A stretch of DNA of 64,000 nt from Patescibacteria group bacterium (GTDB lineage Bacteria; Patescibacteriota; CPR2; UBA1875; CAIMLA01): positions 114,352 through 178,351 of the forward strand of contig JBGSPL010000003.1 of the NCBI GenBank assembly GCA_041738615.1, written 5' to 3'. Shown one piece after another: positions 1-8,835 of the stretch. Below the pieces are notes generated by a model. The model did not search any database. It saw nothing but the letters and a program-made list of their open reading frames with translations, and was not told the DNA's origin. The position numbers were made by a program, and so were the translations under genes. The stretch's first letter is position 1. Each line of letters starts with the position of its first letter.

Positions 1-102
1 CAAAACAAACGAAAACACCCCGTCGAGTGCAATCTGGATGTTTTGCTCCCTTTTCTTTTCTGGCCAAAAATGAGGAATCTTATCTATCACCAAATGGGAC
101 AT
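1..102 (-). CDS. Hypothetical protein, N-terminal fragment (gene continues beyond window start)
   Basis: ATG at 102 on minus strand, open to window edge (MSHLVIDKIPHFWPEKKREQ...); not in ORF track because truncated. Confidence 0.3.
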   Translation of the reverse strand, partial: MSHLVIDKIPHFWPEKKREQNIQIALDGVFSFVL

Positions 103-185
103 GACGCCTACTATAAAAGCCAAAAATGGGTTTGGAATAAACCGTCCAATTGCGGCACCTACAGATGTGTGGGTTACGCCCGTCA

Positions 186-938
186 CTAGAGCTGCTCCAT
201 AATACTTTCGGGAATGTCGTAATTGGAGTAAACAGTAGTTACGTCCTCAATGTCCTCGATGGCATCGATAAGCCTCAGGATTTTCCTTGCCGTTTCAACA
301 TCGGTAACTTTTGCTTCATTTTTTGGCTTATAGACAATCTCATCGTCAGAAATAATGATTTTTGAGCTTGCGAGAGCCTCTTTCACTTTCTGAAAATTTA
401 CTACTTTTGTATAAATTATGTATTCATTATCTGTCTCTTCGAAGTCATCAGCGCCAGATTCCAGGATAGCCATCTCAATTTCATCGGCAGATAGTATCTG
501 TCCCTCCCGAGGAACGACTATCTCACCTTTCTTCTCAAATTGGAATGCAACAGAGCCCGTTTCGGCCATATTACCACCTAGCTTCGAGAATACCGCGCGA
601 ACCTCTGGACCTGTACGATTTCTGTTATCTGTAAGCGCCTCGATAAGAACCGCCACACCTGCTTGAGCATAACCCTCATATAGTAACTCCTCCGGTGCAG
701 CTCCCCCAAGCTCTCCTGTCCCCTTTTTGATCGCACGTTCGATGTTTACCGAAGGCATATTTACCATCTTCGCCTTATCTATGGCGAGTCTTAGAGAAAA
801 GTTTGTCTTCGGATCACCGCCACCCTGCTTCGCGGCGATGGTAATGTTTGCAGCCGCCTTGGTAAACTCTTTGCCTTTCTTGGCATCTGTAGCTGCTTTC
901 TTGTGTTTGATACTAGCCCACTTACTGTGTCCGCTCAT
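186..938 (-). CDS. yebC: YebC/PmpR family DNA-binding transcriptional regulator
   Basis: 250 aa; MSGHSKWASIKHKK... N-terminus and overall YebC family pattern. Confidence 0.9.
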   Translation of the reverse strand: MSGHSKWASIKHKKAATDAKKGKEFTKAAANITIAAKQGGGDPKTNFSLRLAIDKAKMVNMPSVNIERAIKKGTGELGGAAPEELLYEGYAQAGVAVLIEALTDNRNRTGPEVRAVFSKLGGNMAETGSVAFQFEKKGEIVVPREGQILSADEIEMAILESGADDFEETDNEYIIYTKVVNFQKVKEALASSKIIISDDEIVYKPKNEAKVTDVETARKILRLIDAIEDIEDVTTVYSNYDIPESIMEQL

Positions 939-1063
939 TTAGGCTCCTCTCTATCTCGTCAATGGTGTTCGTTACAACCAGATTATACTCTTTTTGTGCC
1001 TAGAATTGAAGGCGGCGCTTACCCCATGGGGTAAGCGCCGACCAGACAGAGAGAAATGAGTGA

Positions 1064-1348
1064 TTAGAGCCCGCGAGCTTGTTTGCGTCCCTCGCAGTGT
1101 TCATGCGGCGCCAGGTAGACGCCGTCGGCCTGTCTGCGAAAGTGAAGGAGAACCCCACAATCTGGGCACGGGGCCGTCTGTGGGACAGTATCCTGGCACT
1201 GGCACCCCATAATCATTCTTACGGTATTTTTGGCACGAGGATGAGCAAGCGCCCCGTTCCCCTTAAAACATGCTTCCAGTACGACCGGTGTCTGACACTT
1301 CGTGCATGCTATATCAATGGCATTACTCGGTGTGCTGACGTCACCCAT
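1064..1348 (-). CDS. Island A Cys-rich hypothetical protein (94 aa from MGDVST)
   Basis: GC-rich ORF; AAGGAG RBS 7 nt upstream of ATG at 1348; CxxC...CPDC...HEHC pattern suggests metal binding. Confidence 0.45.
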   Translation of the reverse strand: MGDVSTPSNAIDIACTKCQTPVVLEACFKGNGALAHPRAKNTVRMIMGCQCQDTVPQTAPCPDCGVLLHFRRQADGVYLAPHEHCEGRKQARGL

Positions 1349-1440
1349 CTCTAGCTCCTTCGGTTGTGGTACTCGACAATTCATCTGTCGCGAATGTTCT
1401 TGGTCGGGCTGGCAAGGGATCGACCTTACCAGCCCGGAAT

Positions 1441-1466
1441 AAAAAAACCTCGCCGGAAAGCGAGGT
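1441..1466 (-). terminator. Rho-independent terminator (CCTCGCTTTCCGGCGAGG + T7 on minus strand)
   Basis: Perfect 6-bp stem hairpin followed by TTTTTTT on minus strand, downstream of island A gene 1711..1929. Confidence 0.6.
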
Positions 1467-1710
1467 GATCTTCTACATTGTGCTAAAACAACTAAAACTC
1501 CGCTTTCCTGCTCGTGGTAGTAAAGAAAAAAGGGAACGGGCGAAATGTATTTGTTGTTTGCATGTGAAATATCTTAGCCAACTTGAGCTTAAATGTCAAT
1601 AAAGCGAACGGCGCACCGTCCAAGCCTGCCCTGTAGGGCACTTATCAACCTCAACGTATGTTCATACGTATCTCGATTGGCTTGGTCTGGTGCGCTCGTG
1701 TTCGCGAGAG

Positions 1711-1929
1711 CTACATAGCAGGTACGGGCTTCACTTCCACCCGGAGCCCTTCTTTCGTGGGACGGCCTTCCAGGATGTTGCGCCTGACGTACAAGGCGTT
1801 CAGGTTCTCCCTGATCCGAGCCGCTTTCCTTGAGCGCTCCGGAAGACCCTCGAGCTTACCTTCGAGGCACTTGATTTCCTCGCATACCTCAGCGAGTTCC
1901 GCCATATTGGCGTCCGTACCATTCGGCAT
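1711..1929 (-). CDS. Island A hypothetical protein (72 aa from MPNGTD)
   Basis: GC-rich ORF; RBS GAGGGGAGG 5 nt upstream of ATG at 1929; coiled-coil-like composition. Confidence 0.45.
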   Translation of the reverse strand: MPNGTDANMAELAEVCEEIKCLEGKLEGLPERSRKAARIRENLNALYVRRNILEGRPTKEGLRVEVKPVPAM

Positions 1930-1940
1930 GGTTCCTCCCC

Positions 1941-2141
1941 TCATGCTGGGACGTTTGGTCCCGAGCACCTCGTTGTGATCCAAACACCTGCCTGCTGATC
2001 CGCGACTACCTGAAGCTTGCCCCCTAACTCAGAAGTGTAAGCTGTATAGCCCATCTTACGACAGGCCGCTACGGCCTTCTCCAGATCTTCGCGGCTCACC
2101 CCTTCTGGCGCCGGCATTGTCGTCGGCTCACTACTCGCCAT
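1941..2141 (-). CDS. Island A hypothetical protein (66 aa)
   Basis: GC-rich ORF; RBS AGAGGGGGGG 3 nt before ATG; stop 12 nt before next gene start, operon-like. Confidence 0.45.
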   Translation of the reverse strand: MASSEPTTMPAPEGVSREDLEKAVAACRKMGYTAYTSELGGKLQVVADQQAGVWITTRCSGPNVPA

Positions 2142-2206
2142 ACCCCCCCTCTTTCTCTCGCGGTTTCTGTATGTACCCGGGCGAGGTCCACCCGCATTAA
2201 CCTCAG

Positions 2207-2277
2207 CGGGGACGGCAGGATTCGAACCTGCACTCTACGGATGTTATCCGCTTGCCTACCAATATGGCCGCATCCCC
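2207..2277 (-). tRNA. tRNA gene, 71 nt, best-fit anticodon AAC (Val) - atypical
   Basis: Minus-strand GGGGATG...GGTTCGAATCC...CGTCCCC: 7-bp acceptor, T-arm GCAGG/TTCGAAT/CCTGC, D-loop with GG, anticodon loop AUAACAU with U33 and A37. A34 is unusual for bacteria; isotype needs tRNAscan. Confidence 0.6.
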
Positions 2278-2285
2278 ATAGAATC

Positions 2286-2309
2286 AAAAAACCTCACCGC
2301 TTGGTGAGG
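2286..2309 (-). terminator. Rho-independent terminator (CCTCACCAAGCGGTGAGG + TTTTTT on minus)
   Basis: 7-bp perfect stem followed by T6 on minus strand, just upstream (5') of the tRNA. Confidence 0.55.
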
Positions 2310-2476
2310 CCTACACGTGATTAGATGCTCCTACTCTTCTACCCGGACCTCATCAACCACAACCTCACCATAGCTACGGAGAATAGCTAGGACCACTACG
2401 AGGACGAGAATAAATGTGGTTGTTACGATTAACATGGCTATATGGTAGTAAATTTCCGCTCAGCCGTCAATAGAAA

Positions 2477-3349
2477 TTATTTAACTTTCTTTACTTCGTT
2501 TTGCCCTATCTCGAAGCTAACCGTCCCTTCTTGATCGGTCCGAAAGACCTGTATACCAGAAAGCGCAGCTAGCGCCTTTGTAGTTGGATGGCCAAACTTG
2601 TTATCCTTCCCGACCTCTATCACCGCAAACTTTGAATTCACTGCCTTTAGAAAATCAACACTTACCGAATCCTTGCTCCCGTGATGTGGGACTTTATAGA
2701 GTGAGCTGCGTATCTCTTGTCCAGACGCTAACAGCTGGCCCTGAGCCTCAGCTTCGAGGTCTCCCATAAAGAGGGCCGACTCACCCCCATAGCTCAGCTT
2801 AGTCACGACCGAGCTGTTGTTGATGTTGTCCATACTCGTTCCGGAAACTTCACTCAAAGGGAAAAGGAAACTGATCCCAACACCCGCTCCCAGGTCTAGC
2901 TTATCCCCTGCCTTTACGGCCTTCGTGCTCACATTCTTTGATTTCAGCAAACTCAAAAACTCCAAATACTCATCCGTAGAATAAGTAACTCCGCTAATAT
3001 ACGCCGTCTTGACCTGGTATTTCTTCAGTACCGAGACGAGTCCTGCCACGTGGTCTGCATGAGGATGGGTAAGGACTATTGCGTCAATCCTGCGACTATA
3101 GAAAGGAATGAACTTATCAAGCTCAACAAGAACACTGTCATCGGGACCGCCATCTATAAGCACATTCTGATGGCTCGGAGTCTGGATAAGCTCGGCGTCA
3201 CCCTGTCCCACAGATAAGAAATGTACAAATAGCCCGTTTTCGGTAGGTTTTACATCCGCTGACCAAACCGCAAAGACTAGCAAGGTCAATATAGCCAAAG
3301 CAAGAGTGTTACCAAGTATCTTTCTGATGTATTGCCATATGGCTCTCAT
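2477..3349 (-). CDS. ComEC-related metallo-beta-lactamase fold protein with N-terminal TM anchor
   Basis: 290 aa; HPHADHVAG..., GDLEA..., PHHGS MBL motifs as in ComEC/Rec2 C-terminal domain. Confidence 0.75.
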   Translation of the reverse strand: MRAIWQYIRKILGNTLALAILTLLVFAVWSADVKPTENGLFVHFLSVGQGDAELIQTPSHQNVLIDGGPDDSVLVELDKFIPFYSRRIDAIVLTHPHADHVAGLVSVLKKYQVKTAYISGVTYSTDEYLEFLSLLKSKNVSTKAVKAGDKLDLGAGVGISFLFPLSEVSGTSMDNINNSSVVTKLSYGGESALFMGDLEAEAQGQLLASGQEIRSSLYKVPHHGSKDSVSVDFLKAVNSKFAVIEVGKDNKFGHPTTKALAALSGIQVFRTDQEGTVSFEIGQNEVKKVK

Positions 3350-3506
3350 AACACAATTATATTACTTATCTTAAACCTTTACAGGTATACACTTTTTTGT
3401 TAATATACTTCACATGCAAACCGCAACGAACAACATGAAGAAATGCTGGAAGAAGGCTCGCCTCACGGAGAGTGTGCTTTAGGTTTGTAGATTTACTTTA
3501 CCTATC

Positions 3507-3534
3507 AGCTCTCCGCTAAGGAGAGCTTTTTTTA
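3507..3534 (+). terminator. Orphan plus-oriented hairpin+T7 (AGCTCTCCgctaaGGAGAGCT TTTTTTT)
   Basis: Perfect 8-bp stem + T7; no plus-strand gene immediately upstream. Confidence 0.35.
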
Positions 3535-3619
3535 TGGAAATTTCGGGGGGAATCCTGAAGTATCCACCAATACAAGATGGGCTGAGAAGCTCGCGTACCA
3601 CGAAAACGAGGAGGCACTG

Positions 3620-3820
3620 ATGAGCGCGAATACTCCGGGCGACATGCCAAGGAAGAGCCAGATCCGTGTAGGTTTTGGGAACGTGGAAACGACAGGGGGA
3701 CACATCGGAAGCACCGTCGTCCATCACTCCACCCAGAACACCGACGCCGAACTCGAGCGAATCCCGTCTATCGAACCGAAGAGTCCAAGCCTCGGGGCCT
3801 TGTTCCCCGAAGTCGACTGA
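3620..3820 (+). CDS. Island B hypothetical protein (66 aa)
   Basis: GC-rich; RBS GAGGAGGCACTG-ATG. Confidence 0.4.
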   Translation: MSANTPGDMPRKSQIRVGFGNVETTGGHIGSTVVHHSTQNTDAELERIPSIEPKSPSLGALFPEVD

Positions 3821-3829
3821 GGAGGCACC

Positions 3830-4084
3830 ATGAGTACGGACGGAAGAGATTGGACCCTAGTGCCTGGGTTGCCACTTTGCGTAAATCCAGTAGGACTCCA
3901 GGTAGCTCGTATGTCTGCGGGCTTTACTCAGGAGTCGCTCGTTGGGCCGTGCCCGCTCAGGGGATCTATCCTGATCTACGGCCAGAGTTGCCGTTGTGGC
4001 GTCGCTGACGTCATTGGATGCGGCTACCTTGTTCACCAGGCAGAACCCGCCCTGGCCTCCATCCCGCTCGCCCCTAATCTCTAG
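3830..4084 (+). CDS. Island B hypothetical protein (84 aa)
   Basis: GC-rich; RBS GAGGAGGCACC-ATG nearly identical to the upstream gene's RBS; stop lies in terminator hairpin. Confidence 0.4.
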   Translation: MSTDGRDWTLVPGLPLCVNPVGLQVARMSAGFTQESLVGPCPLRGSILIYGQSCRCGVADVIGCGYLVHQAEPALASIPLAPNL

Positions 4085-4105
4085 GGGCGGGCGGGCGCCC
4101 TTTTT
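4070..4105 (+). terminator. Double-hairpin Rho-independent terminator of island B (GCCCCTAatctcTAGGGGC + GGGCGGGCGCCC TTTTT)
   Basis: Two GC-rich stems followed by T5; the palindromic CTAG supplies stop codons on both strands. Confidence 0.65.
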
Positions 4106-5523
4106 CCAAAAAACAACCAGATGTCCAATATGAAGATATACGCAAGGAGAATCCACCACGGGTTCTCTATTTTGTATGCCGCGCTCGCCCAGCCCACGCT
4201 TCCGGACCACGTGATAACAGCGTTTATAAAGTGCAATATATAAAAGGTGGGCACTGCCAGAAATGTCCCCAGCGGTTGCCAAAGTATCCCCACTATTCCC
4301 ATCGCAAATGTCATTGCCATAGCCAGCGGGACTAGCGCCAAGATTACAACATTTGTTAGTGGCGCTATCACCGATACAATACCAAAGTAGTAGGAAAGGA
4401 GCGGCAATGTAGCGATCTGAGCCCCGAGGGTCTCGGAAAAAAGTGCCACATAACCTCCGCCAGCTCTTTCGAATAGGTTTTCTATTGTCGGTCCTATGTA
4501 CACGATACCTGCGAATGCAACAAAAGAGAGTTGGAAACCGACATCAAAGAGCGGCAGAAATGGATTAAACACAGCCATCATTGTCGCTGAAAACAAAATC
4601 GAGATAAAATTATCACTTTCCCGCCCGAGGTATGATGCGAGTAATGGTAAAGAACCCATGAGCGCCGCGCGCACCAAACTTGGTGCGCCACCAGTCATTA
4701 AAACAAAAATTAGAATCAAGGAAACAGGGAGTATCAGCTTCATCCGACGTGACATTTTGTTTCTAATCAGCAAAAAAGCCCCCATCAGGATAGTGATGTT
4801 ATAACCCGAGAGCGCAATAATGTGCGTGGTTCCGCTCACTTGCAGTGCCCTGACCATCTCAGGGCTCACGAGCGCCTTTTCTCCCATGATTATTCCGCTC
4901 CCCAAGCCAGCCTCGGCTGAGGGCAAGAGTCGTGAGATTGATTCGTTTAGCGCCTGCCGAAATGAGAGAAGAATGCCCCTGGCACCAACAAACACGCCTT
5001 CGCTCTGACCCGAACTCTCATATTTGGAGACAGACACCTCTCCAAGGAGTCCGTTGCTAATCATTCGCCATCGTGTCTCTTCTTTGTAGCCGGTGATTTT
5101 GGTCTCCAGCTCCAGCAATTCGCCATACTTCGGGGCTGTTCCGCTGTTTATATAACCTGTAAGTTTCGAGCCCACAAGGTCAGATTCTCCTGACACGACG
5201 ACCAAACGTACCTTATCACCATGAAGTGCCTTCTGGGGCAAATCATCTACTCGCGCCGTGAAGTGAAGATTATTACCGGAATACATGGAGTTAAGTTCGA
5301 TCAACCTAGAAGCAACGGCCTGGAAATGCCAAAGGGAAAGTAAGAACAGCCCTAAGCCGAATATTGTTCCAAATAAATACGGTTTCTTCAAAAATAGAAA
5401 AGACAATGCGATTAAGGTTCCCGCCAACGCGAGGTAGCCAGCAAGATAAATAGGTAGCACGAAACCCGCGAAACATCCCGCCAGATAGCAAAATAGCCAA
5501 ATTAGCAGTACTTTTGCCTTCAT
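4081..5523 (-). CDS. comEC: ComEC/Rec2 family competence protein, N-terminal DUF4131 + competence (membrane channel) domains, no MBL domain
   Basis: 480 aa, many TM segments, ...HIIALSGYNITIL... competence-domain pattern; C-terminal codons (RAPARP*) run into the island B terminator hairpin. Confidence 0.8.
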   Translation of the reverse strand: MKAKVLLIWLFCYLAGCFAGFVLPIYLAGYLALAGTLIALSFLFLKKPYLFGTIFGLGLFLLSLWHFQAVASRLIELNSMYSGNNLHFTARVDDLPQKALHGDKVRLVVVSGESDLVGSKLTGYINSGTAPKYGELLELETKITGYKEETRWRMISNGLLGEVSVSKYESSGQSEGVFVGARGILLSFRQALNESISRLLPSAEAGLGSGIIMGEKALVSPEMVRALQVSGTTHIIALSGYNITILMGAFLLIRNKMSRRMKLILPVSLILIFVLMTGGAPSLVRAALMGSLPLLASYLGRESDNFISILFSATMMAVFNPFLPLFDVGFQLSFVAFAGIVYIGPTIENLFERAGGGYVALFSETLGAQIATLPLLSYYFGIVSVIAPLTNVVILALVPLAMAMTFAMGIVGILWQPLGTFLAVPTFYILHFINAVITWSGSVGWASAAYKIENPWWILLAYIFILDIWLFFGKRAPARP

Positions 5524-5536
5524 AAGGGTATTTTAC

Positions 5537-5565
5537 TTGAAAAATATTCATTCTCATAATATAAT
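5537..5565 (+). promoter_or_regulatory. sigma70-like promoter TTGAAA-N17-TATAAT driving island C
   Basis: -35 TTGAAA 5537-5542, 17-nt spacer, -10 TATAAT 5560-5565. Confidence 0.5.
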
Positions 5566-5629
5566 TCCCGAGACGGAGGGCACGAGTAATCGTGTCCTCA
5601 AATCGTAGTTCCCGACCAAGGGAGGTCGC

Positions 5630-6236
5630 TGTGAGCAAAACAACCGCAGCCCAAGAGGACACTCGCATTACCCCCGAAAAGCACGTCTACTTCGACGACT
5701 GGAACAAGACCAGCCTTCGCCTCGGCAAGCTCGCCCGAGTCCTTGGCTGGGGCAGCCCGACGAAGGGTGATGGTGCTTTCAGCTCCGGCCAGGCAATCCA
5801 ATTTCAGCGGGTCACGGTCATCCTGCCGAGCGACGGTTCCAAGCCGTTCTACCTCGGCAACATCGAGATGGATGGACCGGCCGTCAAGGTCAACACTCTC
5901 TTGGCAAAGGGGTTGATCGACCAGCAGACGGCAGACGCTATCAATGCCGAGGTCGAGCTCGCGAAGGCAGCACGCATCACACGTCGCAAGCAGACCGAGA
6001 AGGCAAGGGAGAACTTCTCCTCGGCAGAGGGCAGGCTCCGTCAAGCACTGGCAGAGGTCGATCAGGCGGATCGCTTGGTTCACAAGCTTTCACGTGACCG
6101 GAAGAAGCCCATCACTGAAGTCGACGTCGCGCGCAAGGCCTACTTCAAAGCACAGGACAAAGAGAAGCGTGCGCGGCGCCATCGCGACAGGCTCTCTGAG
6201 CTGCGCATGGTAGGTCGAATTTCTCTGCCCCTCTAG
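5630..6236 (+). CDS. Island C hypothetical protein (~202 aa from GTG)
   Basis: GC-rich; RBS AAGGGAGG 5618-5625 then GTG 5630; basic/coiled-coil C-terminus; leader contains 8-bp stem GNRA-tetraloop hairpin (5578-5597). Confidence 0.5.
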
Positions 6237-6257
6237 CCCATGCCCCGTTGGGGCAAC

Positions 6258-6316
6258 GTGAAACCCTTGGTGTAACGACCAAGATCTCCGTTGCACCAAC
6301 GGGGTTTCACTTTATT
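6258..6316 (+). terminator. Long hairpin terminator of island C (GTGAAACCC...GGGGTTTCAC + TTTATT)
   Basis: ~22-bp imperfect stem then T-rich tract. Confidence 0.6.
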
Positions 6317-6321
6317 AGCAA

Positions 6322-6345
6322 AATAACCCCACGAGTGGGGTTATT
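6322..6345. terminator. Bidirectional hairpin AATAACCCCACGAGTGGGGTTATT between convergent genes
   Basis: Perfect stem flanked by A/T runs on both sides. Confidence 0.5.
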
Positions 6346-6359
6346 TATAAGAGTCCAAA

Positions 6360-6818
6360 CTAAACTGTAAATATTTTGAATACTGAGAATAAAACAGAGA
6401 GTAAGGTTACCACAACTATGCCGACTAGAAACATAGCACCGATAGTCTTCCAACCTAGATTATTGTAACCCTTGGCTAAATCTGGTAGCGTTTTTCGAAG
6501 ACTGTAGTAATACACAGCCTGTCCGATCAACGGATTTAGGGTCATGATTGCGACTGCCTTTGCATTAGCTACTTCTGTTCTAGCTATCTCGGGGTTTTTC
6601 TTAATCTTGTCTACATCCATGAGTGCTAGTACAAAACCAATACCTACAAGTACCCAACTAGCTGCTGGTATAAAACTATTTACTAGGTTCGCAACGACTA
6701 CAATACCCGCGATTATAAATAAATACTTCCATTTAAAAACTTTGAGCGTAATTTTTTCAGTTGAAGCTACTGGTGCCACCGGTGCCACTTCTGGTTTACC
6801 CATTTCTACGTCTGTCAT
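6360..6818 (-). CDS. Hypothetical membrane protein
   Basis: 152 aa, 3-4 hydrophobic helices. Confidence 0.5.
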   Translation of the reverse strand: MTDVEMGKPEVAPVAPVASTEKITLKVFKWKYLFIIAGIVVVANLVNSFIPAASWVLVGIGFVLALMDVDKIKKNPEIARTEVANAKAVAIMTLNPLIGQAVYYYSLRKTLPDLAKGYNNLGWKTIGAMFLVGIVVVTLLSVLFSVFKIFTV

Positions 6819-6841
6819 CTTTCTCCTTTATTTATCCGTTA

Positions 6842-7480
6842 CTAATTATATCTAAACCCAAAGTTCCAAACAACTATTCCTATAAAGATTAAAATTATGA
6901 TAAACATGAACAAACCAACTTTCCATCTAATTGGTTTGTTTTCATTCTGATGACTTACCATTACTAGCTGATTACCATTTAAGAACTTCTGCAAAGTATC
7001 GCCGACGGATATTTGCTTATTGGCAGAAAGAACATTCAAAATTGTATTTCGTAGTGTTTTCTCCTTTAGAAAGATAAAGTCGGCTTGATCTACTAAATAT
7101 TTCATCCCATCATCCATGGTAATCTCTAGATAACGCAGCGGTATTAGCGTAAGCAAGAAAAGCAGATTATCAAATACAAAGACATCGTTGTTAAATACGC
7201 TCAGAAAGTTCATGGATTTAATCTCTGAAATATTTATAGTATTTGCTCCTATCGGACCACCAAGTTCTAGACTGTTACCCTTAAGCGCAAAGGTATACCT
7301 TCTCAAAGAATACGACACTACAAATATACCCATGATTCCCAAGAAAATCAGTCCAAAGTGAGGAATCAATTCGGTTAATTGTTGAGAGAATAATTGCTTA
7401 GCAGTCCAATTTAGTAGATAAAAGACAAATAATAGTCGAATAAATACTATTTCGAGACTTAAAACTTTTCTTTTTTGCAT
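6842..7480 (-). CDS. Hypothetical membrane protein
   Basis: 212 aa, hydrophobic N- and C-terminal segments, very AT-rich. Confidence 0.5.
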   Translation of the reverse strand: MQKRKVLSLEIVFIRLLFVFYLLNWTAKQLFSQQLTELIPHFGLIFLGIMGIFVVSYSLRRYTFALKGNSLELGGPIGANTINISEIKSMNFLSVFNNDVFVFDNLLFLLTLIPLRYLEITMDDGMKYLVDQADFIFLKEKTLRNTILNVLSANKQISVGDTLQKFLNGNQLVMVSHQNENKPIRWKVGLFMFIIILIFIGIVVWNFGFRYN

Positions 7481-7536
7481 AGGAATAATATATAATAATT
7501 ATGCAATTGAGTAAATACTAAGAACAAAGAAATAGG

Positions 7537-8343
7537 GTGCGACTTATGGATACTCCAGAAAATATAGAAAGCAAGATACCAACATCAGTAGAGAAAAAGA
7601 ATTTTCTTGATACCTTAAGGCAGCACAAATTGGCTACGGCATTGGTATCAATTTTTTCCTTGTTGCTTCTTATATTCTTATTGGCAATTAACACAAAAGA
7701 TCAGGCAAGCGCCAACGCCAAAGAGGAATTAGCAAAATACTTAAATGATAAATACAAAGAAAGTTTTGATACAATTGACTACATTACTTATAGCAACGAA
7801 GGTAGCGCAGACTCTTGGGAAAAGATACTTGTAGTAAACCCAGCTAACGACAAATCTGTAGTTTTTGATGCTACGAAAACTTCTGAAGGAATTACTGACA
7901 GCTATCGATTATCAAGATGGTCAAAAGAACTAACAGGTAGACTGCGGGCTCAGGTAGAAGGCCTATTTAATTCAGAGACAGTTGTAAAAATATACCCAAC
8001 GGCAGATCGCACCTCCAGCCTACCGAAGGATTTTTCGTTTTATGATAACAACGTTACCACCGTTTATTTAGTAGGTGTAAAAACTTTAGGCTCAATAAAT
8101 TTTAGCGACTATCGTGAGTCAGTGTTTAAGCTCTATCAGCTTGCACGAAGTAACGGTGGGCAATTCGATATCAGTGTCCAGTTTGTTAGCTCCCTAGACA
8201 ACTTGACAAATGATGTTGAATATCGTAACGTGAATAGCCGCTACAATCGGTCTACTAATGGCGTAAACGCTCGTATAAATGTTGGTTCGCTTGAGAATAT
8301 AACAACGGCTAAAGATCTAGACAAGTATTTCGTTTCAAACTAA
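7537..8343 (+). CDS. Hypothetical membrane-anchored/secreted protein
   Basis: 268 aa, single N-terminal TM then hydrophilic Ser/Asn-rich domain. Confidence 0.55.
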   Translation: MRLMDTPENIESKIPTSVEKKNFLDTLRQHKLATALVSIFSLLLLIFLLAINTKDQASANAKEELAKYLNDKYKESFDTIDYITYSNEGSADSWEKILVVNPANDKSVVFDATKTSEGITDSYRLSRWSKELTGRLRAQVEGLFNSETVVKIYPTADRTSSLPKDFSFYDNNVTTVYLVGVKTLGSINFSDYRESVFKLYQLARSNGGQFDISVQFVSSLDNLTNDVEYRNVNSRYNRSTNGVNARINVGSLENITTAKDLDKYFVSN

Positions 8344-8411
8344 AGAAATGATTTCTTACTGATATCAAAGAATCCCCCATTTCTGGGGGATTCTCTTAAA
8401 TAGATGTACTA

Positions 8412-8687
8412 TTAGTTTTCGCGATGTTTAGCGAAACAATCACGGCAATATACTGGACGATCTGACTTTGGCTCGAAAGGAACCGTAGTAGTCTGACCAC
8501 AGTCTGCGCAAACTACCTCGAAGCTCTTTCGGTCCATTTTGGCCTCTTTGAACTTGCGACGGCAATCAGCACAACGCTTAGGCTCGTTTTCGAAACCTTT
8601 CTCAGCATAGAACTCCTGTTCACGCGCTGTAAAAGCGAAATCTGAACCACAATCTACACATGAGAGTGTTTTGTCTTCATAACTCAT
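8412..8687 (-). CDS. Zinc-ribbon domain protein (two CxxC...CxxC pairs)
   Basis: 91 aa; CVDCG...CADCR and CADCG...CRDC. Confidence 0.6.
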   Translation of the reverse strand: MSYEDKTLSCVDCGSDFAFTAREQEFYAEKGFENEPKRCADCRRKFKEAKMDRKSFEVVCADCGQTTTVPFEPKSDRPVYCRDCFAKHREN

Positions 8688-8835
8688 TTAGTCGATATCT
8701 CCTTTCAAAAGATTCTCCATCCGGAGTGGGGCTCGACTTAGTGCAGATTGGGACTGGCCTTTTTCTGTTCCTAAATTTCGGACCATCCATACTATACCAT
8801 AAGATGGGGAAAAAAGATACAAGATTATTATTAAT

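Noticed and set aside
3857-4282. 141-aa minus-strand ORF across island B and the comEC 3' end
   Set aside because: It overlaps both the better-supported plus-strand island B genes, which carry matching GAGGAGGCAC ribosome-binding sites, and the comEC reading frame.
5592-5629. ATG 5592 as the start of the island C gene
   Set aside because: The GTG at 5630 is preceded by a well-spaced AAGGGAGG site. The ATG lies inside the leader hairpin with no RBS.
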